Shown piece after piece: positions 9,942-19,466 of a DNA stretch of 64,000 nucleotides; position 1 is the stretch's first letter; each line of letters begins with the position of its first letter. Source of the stretch: a bacterium (GTDB lineage Bacteria; Desulfobacterota; DSWW01). Location of the stretch: positions 1-64,000 of the forward strand of contig JBFLZG010000024.1 of assembly GCA_040756235.1 (NCBI GenBank), given 5' to 3'. A program made the translations under genes and the position numbers. Under the pieces are notes generated by a model. That model was not told where the DNA came from and did not search any database. It saw only the letters and a program-made list of their open reading frames with translations.

Positions 9942-11354
9942 TCACGGCCCCCTGCCGTCCGCGCCCGGACGCAGGCCGTATTTCTTCATCTTGCGGACCA
10001 CGGTGGAGTGGTCCAGATCGAGCAACCGGGCGACCTCCCGCGTTGTCCCCCGGACGCTCAGGGCGTGCGACAAAAGTTTCCTTTCCAACATCTCGCGGGC
10101 CTGGTTCCAGGACAGGATCCCCCGGACCTGGACGAGAGAGCTCTCGTCTACATCGCTCCGGTAGATGCCGGGCGGCAGGTGACGGGGTTCGATGAGCTCC
10201 CCTTCGCTGGTGAGGACCATCCTTTCCAGAACATTTTGCAGCTCCCGGATGTTTCCGGGCCAGGTATAGGATTCCAATATGTGGATGACCTCCCGGGAGA
10301 ACCGCTTGGACTGCTTGAAGCGCTCGTTGAAAATGCGCAGGAAGTGCCAGATCAGGGGAAAGATGTCTTCCTTGCGCTCCCTGAGCGGTGGCACCCGGAT
10401 CGGCACCACGTAAAGCCTGTAGAAGAGGTCGTCCCGGAACTTGCCCTCTTCCACCATGCTCGGGAGGTTCCGGTTGGTGGCCGCCAGGATGCGAACGTCG
10501 AGCTTCATGGGCCGGACGTCGCCGAGGCGGGTGATCTCGAGCTGCTCGATCACCTTGAGGAGCTTGACCTGACAGCTCAGGGGCAGCTCCGCCACCTCGT
10601 CCAGGAAGATCACGCCTTCGTTCGCCAGCTCGAAGAACCCCGGCTTCCCCGTGCTCGCCGCGCCGGTGAAGGCGCCGCGCACGTAGCCGAACAGCTCGGA
10701 CTCGAACAGGCTCTCCGGGATGGCGCCGCAGTTGACCGAGATGAAGGGGCCCCGGCGGCGCGGGCCGAGCCGGTGGAGCAGGCGCGCCAGCACCTCTTTT
10801 CCGGTGCCGCTCTCGCCTTCGAACAGGACCACCGAATCCACCTGAGCGAGCCGCCCCACGAGGTCCAGGATCCCCAGCATCTCCCGGTTCTCGGTCACGA
10901 TGTCATGCCCGGTGATCTGGGAGATGCGGACCTCCTCGGGCGTGGACAGGTACAGGGCGGTCAGGCGCGAGACCTCCTCCTTGAGAAGCTGCAGCTCCGT
11001 GATGTCCCGGAACGTGACCGCCACGCAGTCGGTCGTGCGGTCCCGCGGGACCGGCGTGCCGGTCACGTAGATCTCGTTGCCCCGGGCGAGCTTGGCCATG
11101 CTCGTCACGCTCTTGCGCAACTGCTGGACCAGGCGGAAAACGTCCTGGACCACGTGCAGGCACACATGGGCTTCACCGTCCAGCTCCTGGACCCGCTTGC
11201 CGAGCAGGGTCTCACCCTTGAGGCCGGTGATGCGGTCGTAGCTCCGGTTCACCTTCACGATCTTCTCGTCGTCGATCAGGATGATCGCATCGTGAAAGCT
11301 CTCGACCACGGGCTCGAGAAGGCTGACCGAATCGGTGGTCCTTATCGAGGTCAT
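9942..11354 (-). CDS. Sigma54-dependent activator (PAS + AAA + HTH)
   Basis: [32 protein letters not shown] and WPGNIREL; C-terminal HTH HSTVVRKMKKY. Confidence 0.95.
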   Translation of the reverse strand: MTSIRTTDSVSLLEPVVESFHDAIILIDDEKIVKVNRSYDRITGLKGETLLGKRVQELDGEAHVCLHVVQDVFRLVQQLRKSVTSMAKLARGNEIYVTGTPVPRDRTTDCVAVTFRDITELQLLKEEVSRLTALYLSTPEEVRISQITGHDIVTENREMLGILDLVGRLAQVDSVVLFEGESGTGKEVLARLLHRLGPRRRGPFISVNCGAIPESLFESELFGYVRGAFTGAASTGKPGFFELANEGVIFLDEVAELPLSCQVKLLKVIEQLEITRLGDVRPMKLDVRILAATNRNLPSMVEEGKFRDDLFYRLYVVPIRVPPLRERKEDIFPLIWHFLRIFNERFKQSKRFSREVIHILESYTWPGNIRELQNVLERMVLTSEGELIEPRHLPPGIYRSDVDESSLVQVRGILSWNQAREMLERKLLSHALSVRGTTREVARLLDLDHSTVVRKMKKYGLRPGADGRGP

Positions 11355-13195
11355 GACGATTCCCCCGGGGGTGGGAAGAACATCCCGGACAGGAAAATCT
11401 CTTCGAACCGGCGGTTCCCTGCGAGCTCCTGATACTCCATCCACCCGGCGACGCGCACCGCTTCCGTTCTCTTGCGGCGGTCCACGAGGGCCAGGCAGGA
11501 GCCGTGGCCGGCGGCGTTGCCGACGCCCAGGATGCGGGCGCCCGGGTTCTGCGGAAGGAGGCCGATCGTGAGGGCGTCACGCGGATCCATGTAGTTGCCG
11601 CACGCCCCTGCGAGCAGGACCCGGCGGAAGGGAGACGCGAAAGTCTCCTGCAGCAGGCAGGCGCCGGCGTGGACGGCCGACTTGGCCAGCTGCATCTCGG
11701 AGACGTCTTTGCGGGTCACGACGATGTCGCGGCCGATGCCGGTCTCGGAGGCCCAGGCCAGCACCAGCTCCCAGCCGCGCTCGCCCCTGCGGACCCGGGG
11801 CGAACGAGCCGACTCGTCGAAATTCCCCCGCGGCAGGACGATCCCGGTCCGGATCATCTCCGCCACCGCCGCCAGGATGCCGGACCCGCAGATGCCCACG
11901 GGAGGCAGCCCGCCGATGGTCCGCAGGCTGACTTCGAGACTGTCCCGGGCGATCCGCACGCCTTCGATGGCGCCCGGGGCGGCGCGCATGCCGAATTCGA
12001 TGTGCCCGCCCTCGAACGCCGGCCCGGCCGCCGTCGAGCAGCAGATCAGCCGGTCCCGATTGCCCATGACGATCTCGCCGTTCGTCCCGAGATCGAGGTA
12101 GAGTGTAGGGGTCCCGGACCTGTGAAGCCCGGCGGACAGAACGCCGGCGATGGTGTCGCTTCCCACGAACCCGGCCTTGAGCGGCAGGAGGTGCACGTAC
12201 GCCGAAGGCGCCAGCGCCAGCCCGAGGTCCCTGGCTTTCACGTCCTGCGCCCCCTGGAGGACCGGCGGATAGGGCGCCATCGCGAGGTACCTCGGATCCA
12301 GGCCCATCAGGAGATGGTGCATGACCGTGTTGCCGACAGCGGTCGCATCCACGACGTCGGACGGCGCGGCCTTCGCTTCTTCACAGGCTTCCGCCAGAAG
12401 CCCGTTCAGGCAGCCGACGATGCCGGAGCGTAGCTTCTCGAGGCCGTCCTCCTGCTCCTGACAGAGCGAGACGCGCCGGATCACGTCCGCGCCGAAGGAG
12501 ACCTGAGGATTCAGTGCGGAGCGCACCGAGAGCACCCGCCCGCTCGTGAGGTCCGAGAGGTAACCGACCACGGTCGTGGTGCCGATGTCGAAAGCGATCC
12601 CGAGCAGCCGCGCCTGCCGGCCGGCGCGCAGATCGATCACCTCGCGGCCGCCCCGCACCACGGCCGTGAGCGTTCCCGCATCCGTACGCAGGAGGCCGGG
12701 CAGCTTCCTCAAGACCAGGGGGTCGGCATCGAAACCGTTCATCCGGTGGCTCTCCCTGAGCGCCAGCGAGAGCCTCTCCAGATCGCCTTTGGCCGAGCGC
12801 AGGACCGGCTCCGGGACGTCCACCGTACAGGCCCGCACGCAGGGCTTCACGCGCGGCCCGGTCCCGCCTCCCGCTCCCGACGTCAGGACCACGGGCGTCC
12901 GGCAGACCGCCTCCTCCGGGATGCGGACGACGATCTCTCCCCTGCCGACCGCGCTCTCGCAGGCGAGCCGGTACCCCACCCCGATGAGGCTTCCCAGGGC
13001 CTTGAGCTCCCGCTCGGAAGGCGCAGGCAGAGGCTCGGCGCACCTCTCGATCACGACCTTGCACTTGCCGCACGCCTTGCGGCCGCCGCAGGCCGACTCG
13101 AGCGGCAGGCCCAGCCTGCGCGCGACCTCCAGGATCGTTTCCGATCCGTCGGTCTCGGCGGTCTTGTCAAAAGGCAGAAACGTGATGGTCGGCAT
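11351..13195 (-). CDS. Reductive activator of corrinoid proteins (RACo; 2Fe-2S + ASKHA/DUF4445)
   Basis: CGGRKACGKC...RLAC 2Fe-2S motif; DIGTTT, GFVGSD, DLGTNGE, AAGPAFEG and GICGSG. Confidence 0.93.
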   Translation of the reverse strand: MPTITFLPFDKTAETDGSETILEVARRLGLPLESACGGRKACGKCKVVIERCAEPLPAPSERELKALGSLIGVGYRLACESAVGRGEIVVRIPEEAVCRTPVVLTSGAGGGTGPRVKPCVRACTVDVPEPVLRSAKGDLERLSLALRESHRMNGFDADPLVLRKLPGLLRTDAGTLTAVVRGGREVIDLRAGRQARLLGIAFDIGTTTVVGYLSDLTSGRVLSVRSALNPQVSFGADVIRRVSLCQEQEDGLEKLRSGIVGCLNGLLAEACEEAKAAPSDVVDATAVGNTVMHHLLMGLDPRYLAMAPYPPVLQGAQDVKARDLGLALAPSAYVHLLPLKAGFVGSDTIAGVLSAGLHRSGTPTLYLDLGTNGEIVMGNRDRLICCSTAAGPAFEGGHIEFGMRAAPGAIEGVRIARDSLEVSLRTIGGLPPVGICGSGILAAVAEMIRTGIVLPRGNFDESARSPRVRRGERGWELVLAWASETGIGRDIVVTRKDVSEMQLAKSAVHAGACLLQETFASPFRRVLLAGACGNYMDPRDALTIGLLPQNPGARILGVGNAAGHGSCLALVDRRKRTEAVRVAGWMEYQELAGNRRFEEIFLSGMFFPPPGESS

Positions 13196-13205
13196 GGATC
13201 GTTCT

Positions 13206-13844
13206 TCAGGCGATCCCCAGCAGCCCCGAGATCTTCTTCACGCCTTCGGCCGCATCCTTCGCGTAGGCGTCGGCCCCGCAAGTCTGCTCCACGAACTTGG
13301 GCGTCAGGGCCGCGCCGCCGCAGACCACCTTGACCCGGCCGGCGAGCTCGCTCTCCCTGAGAGCCTTTACGGTCTCCAGGACGTGGGGATCGCCCGTCGT
13401 CAGGAGCGAAGAGAGGCCGACCACCGCGGCCTTGTGCGCCCTTGCGGCTTCCACGAACTTCGCGGCCGGCACGTTCTCTCCGAGATCGATCACCTGGAAT
13501 CCCGAGCTCTCCAGGAGGAGCCTGACCAGGTTCTTGCCGATGTCATGAAGATCGCCGAACACGGTGCCGATCACGACCGTGCCGCGGTTCGTCTCCTCGC
13601 CCTTGGCGATGAACGGCTTGAGGAGATCGACGCAGGACTGCATCGACTTGGCGGCGATCATCATCTCCGGGACGAAGACCTCGCGCCGCTCGAACTTCTC
13701 CCCGACCTCCTTGAGCGCGGGGATGAGGCACTGGTTGATGATCCCGTGGGGATCGGCGCCATCGTCCATCGCCTTGCGGGCAAGCTCCATCGCTTCCTTG
13801 CGCCTTCCCGAGATCACTGCCTGTCTGAGAGTCTCCAGGTCCAT
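13206..13844 (-). CDS. Methyltransferase-cognate corrinoid (B12-binding) protein
   Basis: Cap domain VGEKFERREVFVPEMM; GDLHDIGKNLV (DxHxxG); LSSLLTT, GGA and GADAYAKDA. Confidence 0.95.
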   Translation of the reverse strand: MDLETLRQAVISGRRKEAMELARKAMDDGADPHGIINQCLIPALKEVGEKFERREVFVPEMMIAAKSMQSCVDLLKPFIAKGEETNRGTVVIGTVFGDLHDIGKNLVRLLLESSGFQVIDLGENVPAAKFVEAARAHKAAVVGLSSLLTTGDPHVLETVKALRESELAGRVKVVCGGAALTPKFVEQTCGADAYAKDAAEGVKKISGLLGIA

Positions 13845-13863
13845 CCGCATTTTCTCCTTCCCG

Positions 13864-14026
13864 AGAGGCTGTCGATAAACGGCCATCTGCGGCGTTGCGC
13901 TCATGGGGAAAGCGAGGCGGGGGGAGCCTGCCCCGGCGCAGGCCGGGGTCCACCGTGACTCGCCATGTACGCCTCGTTCCTCAGGATTTCGCGCGCCTTG
14001 CATCTGGCCATTTCTCACCAGCCTCT
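13864..14026 (-). mobile_element. MITE-like family 1 copy, inverted, with replaced central segment
   Basis: AGAGGCTG...CAGCCTCT termini; both arms match the reverse complement of 56431-56557; about 24 bp of core replaced by about 60 bp containing CCTGCCCCGGCGCAGG. Confidence 0.75.
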
Positions 14027-14086
14027 TAAGAGGGTGTTTGTCGACACCCTTTTCCGATGTGCCGGGCGCTTCGATCCTTGTTTCCG

Positions 14087-14938
14087 TCAGCCCCGAGATT
14101 CCCGCCTGAAGGCGGATATGAAACGCATGCAGTATTCGTCCGCTCCCTGGAGCAAGTCCGCCAGGAGAACGGCCCGCCGCACTTCCCATACCGTGGGATC
14201 GACGATGCAGCAGGTCAGCCCCTTCTGGGCCGCCATGGCCAGGAACACCGCGTTGATGGCGTGGCGTTCCGGAAGGCCGAATGAGATGTTGCTCACGCCC
14301 AGCGTCTGGTTGACGCCCAGCCTCGCCCGGATCCCCTCCAGGGCCTTCAGGGTCTCCAGGCCCGTGCGGTGATCGGTCGCCACGGCCATGGCCAGGGGGT
14401 CGATGATCACGTCCTCGGGTGGGATCCCGGCGCGCTGGGCCGCCTCGAGGATCCTTTCGGCGATTTCGATCCGCCTGGACGATTCTTTCGGAATCCCCCG
14501 GTCGTCCATGGTGAGCCCGATCACGGCGGCCCCGTGTTCCTTGACCACCGGAAGCACCTGGTCGAGCTTCTGCTGCTCGCCGTTGACCGAGTTGACCAGT
14601 GCCTTGCCCTGGCAGACCGCCAGGGCCGCTTCCAGAGCGGCCGGCAGAGCGGAATCGATGCACAGGGGGACGTCCGTCACCTCGCGGATGGCCTTGACGG
14701 CCTCCTTCAGCGTCTTCGGCTCGTCGATCCCCGAGACGCCGACGTTGACGTCCAGGACGTGAGCGCCCTTTTCCACCTGGCGCACCGCCTCCTCCTGGAG
14801 GAGCTTGAAATCCCTTTCCTGCACCGCTCGCGCCAGCCGCTTGCGGCCGGTGGGATTGATGCGCTCGCCGATGATCACCAGCGGGCGCCCCGGCCCGATC
14901 TCGACGCTTTGGGTCGAGCTCCTGAGGATCGTCTCCAT
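14087..14938 (-). CDS. Pterin-binding methyltetrahydrofolate:corrinoid methyltransferase (AcsE-like)
   Basis: IIGERINPTG, LDVNVG, PLCIDS, NSVNGE and GVSNISFGLP. Confidence 0.93.
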   Translation of the reverse strand: METILRSSTQSVEIGPGRPLVIIGERINPTGRKRLARAVQERDFKLLQEEAVRQVEKGAHVLDVNVGVSGIDEPKTLKEAVKAIREVTDVPLCIDSALPAALEAALAVCQGKALVNSVNGEQQKLDQVLPVVKEHGAAVIGLTMDDRGIPKESSRRIEIAERILEAAQRAGIPPEDVIIDPLAMAVATDHRTGLETLKALEGIRARLGVNQTLGVSNISFGLPERHAINAVFLAMAAQKGLTCCIVDPTVWEVRRAVLLADLLQGADEYCMRFISAFRRESRG

Positions 14939-14957
14939 GTCTCCCTCCCGTGCGGTT

Positions 14958-16004
14958 TCACTCGAGCTTGCCGTACTCTGCAGCCGCGCGCCGCGCCGCC
15001 TTCACATTCTCGTCCGGGGTGCCGTCGGTCAACCCCACCGTGTCGATCGAGAAATTGCCCAGGGGGGCCCCCTGTTCGATCAAGCTGCGCACTTCGGCAG
15101 CCGCGTCCTCAGGGCTGCCGTTCTTCATGAGGACCGGGCTGATGCGCGCGTTCATCGCCACGCGGGGACCGAAAACCTGCCTTGCCTTCCTGACGTCCGA
15201 GCCGAAGCCGATCTCCACGAACTCGAGATGGCGGACCTTGGCGTAGCCTTCGAGCACCTGGTCCACGGAGCCGCAGTGGTGGATGCCGAAGGGATGGCAG
15301 GCGTCGGCGATCTGGTTGTCGTAAGGGAGCAGCAGGTCTTCATAGGTCTTGAGCGAGATCTGTTCGATCGTGCAGTTCGGGATGACGAAGATCTTCGGGT
15401 CGCTCATGGGCGTCACGTCCATGGCGCCGGTGCCGGTGACCGGGTAGACGAACTGAAAGAGCCGGATGATCGATTCCGTGCAGATGCGGAACAGATGCTG
15501 GCACAGATCCGGGTTTTCGAAGTAATCGGTGTAAAGGTCCTCCCCCCGGATCTTCAGAGCCAGGTTCTGGACCCCGGTGGTGTTGACGTCCCCCACGACC
15601 CTGCCGTACTTGCCCTTGAGGTACTCGATCTGGCGGATCATGTCGGTCATGGGGGGCGTGTGGAGGAGGTCCGGCACCGTGAGTCTCATGACCTCTTCCT
15701 CCGACAGATTGAGGGGCATGGCCCACGGCAGGGCGTCCTCCTGGAAGACGATCTCGCATCCGAACACAGCCGGAAGCATGACCATGCCGAAGGTGATGAA
15801 CGGCCTTGGCTTGGGGTTCGGATCGCCCATCCCCACGTCACCGAAGCGCTCGTAGAGCTTCCGGTCCATCTCCATCCGGGCCTCGATCCTCGTCTCCGGG
15901 TCCATGTAATACTTCCGGTCAAAGGAGAGGCCGTATTGCCGGAACCACCAGTCCGGGTAAAAGCCGACGCCGAGCGGGATATGTCTCTCTTGCCTTTGGG
16001 GCAT
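14958..16004 (-). CDS. Uroporphyrinogen decarboxylase/MtaA-CmuA family substrate:corrinoid methyltransferase
   Basis: PAVFGCEI, RGEDLYTDYFENPDL, IHHCG (HxC metal motif) and TPDENV; first gene of the corrinoid operon. Confidence 0.85.
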   Translation of the reverse strand: MPQRQERHIPLGVGFYPDWWFRQYGLSFDRKYYMDPETRIEARMEMDRKLYERFGDVGMGDPNPKPRPFITFGMVMLPAVFGCEIVFQEDALPWAMPLNLSEEEVMRLTVPDLLHTPPMTDMIRQIEYLKGKYGRVVGDVNTTGVQNLALKIRGEDLYTDYFENPDLCQHLFRICTESIIRLFQFVYPVTGTGAMDVTPMSDPKIFVIPNCTIEQISLKTYEDLLLPYDNQIADACHPFGIHHCGSVDQVLEGYAKVRHLEFVEIGFGSDVRKARQVFGPRVAMNARISPVLMKNGSPEDAAAEVRSLIEQGAPLGNFSIDTVGLTDGTPDENVKAARRAAAEYGKLE

Positions 16005-16079
16005 GGGATCTCCTCTTGGTCCGAATGGTGCGGGAAGCCGCCCGGTTCTGGTCCGATGCATCGAAGGCAACGCGGAGAG

Positions 16080-16096
16080 AGCAAGCACTGTGCCAA
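16080..16096 (-). promoter_or_regulatory. Sigma54 -24/-12 promoter of the methyltransferase/CoA-transferase operon
   Basis: Minus strand reads TTGGCACAGTGCTTGCT, matching consensus TGGCAC-N5-TTGC; about 75 bp upstream of the ATG at 16004. Confidence 0.85.
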
Positions 16097-16164
16097 GCTG
16101 GCTGGGGGTTACCCGGGAGCGGCGACATCCCCGCCTTGACGGAAAGCCCTTGTTCCATCAAGAT

Positions 16165-16255
16165 GGTGCAGACCCGCACATCGGAGCAGTTTATAGGAAT
16201 TCACTTCGCGGTGCAATCCGCCACCAGACCGGCCGATGTGGTGTTATCCGGCACC
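16165..16255. promoter_or_regulatory. Three candidate bEBP upstream activator sites GGTG-N8-CAC(C/A)
   Basis: 16165 GGTGCAGACCCGCACA, 16210 GGTGCAATCCGCCACC and 16240 GGTGTTATCCGGCACC, located between two divergent sigma54-type promoters. Confidence 0.55.
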
Positions 16256-16308
16256 GCCCAGAGCCTCCCCAAACGCGCGCCGCAGCCCTGATTGCAGGCG
16301 CTCTCGTC

Positions 16309-16325
16309 CTGGTACGAAGACTGCA
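16309..16325 (+). promoter_or_regulatory. Candidate sigma54 promoter for the crotonase/Mo-oxidoreductase operon
   Basis: CTGGTACGAAGACTGCA, GG-N10-GC spacing. Confidence 0.5.
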
Positions 16326-16471
16326 TCGAGGGCCGTTCGGCGCCTCGGGGGGTTCAGGGCCGGGGCGAACGGTGCAAACGGAGGGGCCGAGTACAGGAAG
16401 CGGCCCGTGCAACGGCACCCGAGGCGCCTCCAGTCATAGCCAACCACGAGCCACAACGAGAGGAGACGGGT

Positions 16472-17263
16472 ATGAACTACAAGTTCACCCTGTACGAGGA
16501 AAAGGACCAGATCGGGCTGCTCACGCTGAACCGGCCCGAGAAGCGCAACGCCCTGGGTCGCGAGATGGAGGAGGAGATCACGGAGTGCCTGCGGGCGGCG
16601 AGCAGGAGACAGTCCGTGAAAGCGATCATCGTTCGGGCCGCCGGCGAGGTGTTCTGCTCGGGTCATGACCGGAAGGAGATTCTGGATACCGGCGTGAGTG
16701 ACATCCGGCGTCTCTTTCAGGCCTCCATGAACCTCATGTTGGGCATCCGCCAGGCCTCGATGCCGGTCATCGCTCAGGTCCAGGGGGTCGCCATGGCCGG
16801 GGGTTGCCATCTCGTTGCCGCCTGCGACCTGGTCGTTGCCGCCGAGCGCAACTCCAAGTTCGGCATGACCGGGATCTATCTCGGCTACAACTGCTCCACG
16901 CCCACCGTGGCCGTGAGCCGCTGCGTAGGCCAGAAGAAATGCATGGAAATGCTCATGACCGGAAAGCTCTACTCCTCCCAGGAAGCCCGGGAAATGGGCC
17001 TGGTCAACCGCGTCGTGCCGGACGAGAAGCTCGCCGACGAGACCTGGGCCTTGGCCAAGGAGATCTCCCAGTACAGCCGCAAGACCCTGGCGATCAGCAA
17101 GCAGGTCTACTACGCGCAGATCGAGATGACCGAATGGCAGGCCTACCACTATGCCAAGGAGATGATGGCCGTGAATGCCCTCATGCCCGACGCGATCTCC
17201 GGCTTCAGGGCGAACATGGCGGGTGAGAAGCCGGTGTTTCCGGAGGACGTCCCGCTGGAGTGA
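16472..17263 (+). CDS. Enoyl-CoA hydratase/isomerase (crotonase) family protein, ECHDC3-like
   Basis: LTLNRPEKRNAL, FCSGHD, AMAGGCHLVAACD and CSTPTVAVSR; GAGGAG RBS. Confidence 0.92.
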   Translation: MNYKFTLYEEKDQIGLLTLNRPEKRNALGREMEEEITECLRAASRRQSVKAIIVRAAGEVFCSGHDRKEILDTGVSDIRRLFQASMNLMLGIRQASMPVIAQVQGVAMAGGCHLVAACDLVVAAERNSKFGMTGIYLGYNCSTPTVAVSRCVGQKKCMEMLMTGKLYSSQEAREMGLVNRVVPDEKLADETWALAKEISQYSRKTLAISKQVYYAQIEMTEWQAYHYAKEMMAVNALMPDAISGFRANMAGEKPVFPEDVPLE

Positions 17264-17282
17264 CCCGGGGACGGCCGTCCAG

Positions 17283-19466
17283 ATGAGGGCCTCGAGGATG
17301 GACGACTGCGGCAGCGCGCCGCGGCCCCCTGACGGGTCAGGAGCCGGGCGCCGAACCGTGTACAGCATGTGCGGCATGTGCTCGGTGCGGTGCCCGATCC
17401 AGGTGGAAGTCCGGGACGGCCGGGCGGTCTGGATCCAGGGGAACCCGCACGACCGGGCCATGGGATCCAGCCTTTGCGCGAAGGGCAGCGCGGGCCTCTC
17501 TTTTCAGTACGAAGACGACGAGCGTCCACGCTACCCCATGATCCGGACCGGTCCCCGTGGGGGAGGCGGCTGGCGCCGCGCCTCCTGGGACGAGGCCATC
17601 GACTTCGTCGCGCGGGGGATCGAGGCGGCGGCCGCCCGCCACGGACCGCGCGCGGTTGCCCTGAGCGACCGGGGCGGACCGTTCACGGACCTGACCCGGA
17701 GCTTCCTCAAGGCCCTGGGCTCCCCCAACTATTTCAATCACGACTGCACCTGCGGGGCGAACGCCCACCACGCCACCCTGAGCCTCTTCGGGGTCGGCCG
17801 CAAGGGCGTGGCCTACGACATTGCGCACACTCGTCACCTCGTGCTCTACGGGCGCAACCTTCTCGAATCCCTGCAGGTGAAGGAAGCCAAGGAGTTCGTG
17901 CACGCTCTGTCGGAAGGGGCGCGCTGCACGTACATCGACCCGCGGGCCACGCTCACCGCATCCCGGGCGACCTGCTACTGGCAAATCCGGCCGGGTACCG
18001 ACTACGCCCTGAACCTGGCCCTGATCCACACGGTGCTGCGCGAAAATCTGCATGATGCCGCCTTCACGAGCGGCCGGGTGTCCGGGATCGAAGCCCTGCG
18101 TGAGTTCGTCGCGGACAAGACGCCCGAGTGGCAGGAGCCTTTCACCGGGATTCCGGCCAACCGGGTCAGGGACCTGGCCAGAGAGGTCGCCGCGGACGCG
18201 CCTTCGATCATTTTCCACGCGGGCTGGATGACCGCCCGGAACCGGCAGTCTTTCTACGTGAGCCGCACCTGTCACATCCTCAATTCCCTGTTCGGCGCCG
18301 TCGAAGCCCCCGGCGGCGTGATCCTCGCCCGGGGCCCGGCGGAGTGCGGCCGCAAGCCCCTCCGCAAGCTCGCGGACCGGATCCCCCGGGTGCAGGAGAA
18401 GCGCGTGGACGGCTGCGGCTGGAAGGACCGGCACTTCGACGGCAAGGCGGGTCTCCTGCACAGGCTCTTTCCGGCGATCGAGACCGGAGAGCCCTACCGG
18501 GTGGCCGCGTACATCGCCTACCGGCACGACCCCCTGCTCAGCCTGCCCGACACCGGGGCCGTGCAGCGGGCGCTGGATCGCCTGGAACTCGTGGTCTCCG
18601 TGGACGTGAACTTCTCGGAGACCGCCTGGCGCAGCGACGTGATCCTGCCGGAGTCCACCTACCTCGAGCGGGCCAACATCCTCGCCCTGCGGGAGGGCCC
18701 TGTCCCCTGCATCTACATGCGGGACCAAGCCGTGGCGCCCCGCTTCGACACCCGGCCCGCCTGGTGGATCTTTCGGGAGCTGGCCCGGCGGCTCGGGGCC
18801 GGCCGGCACTTCGATTTCGAGACGATCGAGGACGTGTGGGACTATCAGCTCGACGGCACCGGGATCTCTGCCCCCGAGATCCGCAAGACCGGCGTGTTCC
18901 CGCTCGCCGAACGCCCCGCGCTCCCGGAGCGTACGAGCGACGCGCGGCTCAAGACGCCTTCGGGCATGGTCGAGCTCCTCAGTACCCGCCTCGAGGAGGC
19001 GGGGGTGGAGAGCTTTGCCCCTTTCCGGCCGCCGGCGCCTCTGGGGGCGGACGAGTTCAGACTCCTCGTCGGCAGGTCGGCCGTCCACACGCACGGGCAG
19101 ACCATGAACAACCCGCTGCTGCACGAGATCCTCCCGGAGAACGCGCTCTGGGTGCACCCGGATCGGGCTGCGCCCCTGGGCCTCGCGGACGGCGATCTTG
19201 CCGAGGTGAGCCGGCAGGGAGTTGCAGCGACCTGCAAGGTGAAGGTGACTCCCTGGATCCATCGGGACGCGGTCTTCCTGATCCACGGCTTCGGCCGCAC
19301 CGTGCCTGCACAGACCCGGGCTTGTCGGAAGGGCGTCGCGGACCAGCTCCTCCAGAAGGGCATGCTGTCCGAGTACGACCCTGCCGGCGGAGGCAACGCG
19401 CTGTGCGACACCGTCGTCCGCGTCGGCAAGGCCGGGCCCTCCGGGGCAGGGGGGCGCAATGAGTAG
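17283..19466 (+). CDS. Molybdopterin oxidoreductase catalytic subunit, PsrA/PhsA-like, no Tat signal (start 17283 or 17298)
   Basis: CGMCSVRC...LCAKG 4Fe-4S motif; NYFNHDCTC (Cys ligand region); IRPGTDYAL, SDVILPESTYLER and HTHGQTMNNP. Confidence 0.9.
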   Translation: MRASRMDDCGSAPRPPDGSGAGRRTVYSMCGMCSVRCPIQVEVRDGRAVWIQGNPHDRAMGSSLCAKGSAGLSFQYEDDERPRYPMIRTGPRGGGGWRRASWDEAIDFVARGIEAAAARHGPRAVALSDRGGPFTDLTRSFLKALGSPNYFNHDCTCGANAHHATLSLFGVGRKGVAYDIAHTRHLVLYGRNLLESLQVKEAKEFVHALSEGARCTYIDPRATLTASRATCYWQIRPGTDYALNLALIHTVLRENLHDAAFTSGRVSGIEALREFVADKTPEWQEPFTGIPANRVRDLAREVAADAPSIIFHAGWMTARNRQSFYVSRTCHILNSLFGAVEAPGGVILARGPAECGRKPLRKLADRIPRVQEKRVDGCGWKDRHFDGKAGLLHRLFPAIETGEPYRVAAYIAYRHDPLLSLPDTGAVQRALDRLELVVSVDVNFSETAWRSDVILPESTYLERANILALREGPVPCIYMRDQAVAPRFDTRPAWWIFRELARRLGAGRHFDFETIEDVWDYQLDGTGISAPEIRKTGVFPLAERPALPERTSDARLKTPSGMVELLSTRLEEAGVESFAPFRPPAPLGADEFRLLVGRSAVHTHGQTMNNPLLHEILPENALWVHPDRAAPLGLADGDLAEVSRQGVAATCKVKVTPWIHRDAVFLIHGFGRTVPAQTRACRKGVADQLLQKGMLSEYDPAGGGNALCDTVVRVGKAGPSGAGGRNE

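Noticed and set aside
14087..14938. Dihydropteroate synthase
   Set aside because: GERINPTG and SNISFGLP motifs plus the adjacent corrinoid protein indicate a MetH/AcsE-type methyltransferase
14958..16004. True hemE, or a pyrrolysine-containing methyltransferase
   Set aside because: Lacks the HemE RQAGR motif; URO-D/MtaA fold rather than MttB; no in-frame TAG
16005..16470. Cobalamin riboswitch upstream of the corrinoid operon
   Set aside because: No B12-box or AGGGAA/GCCACTG core seen; the leader after the sigma54 promoter is too short
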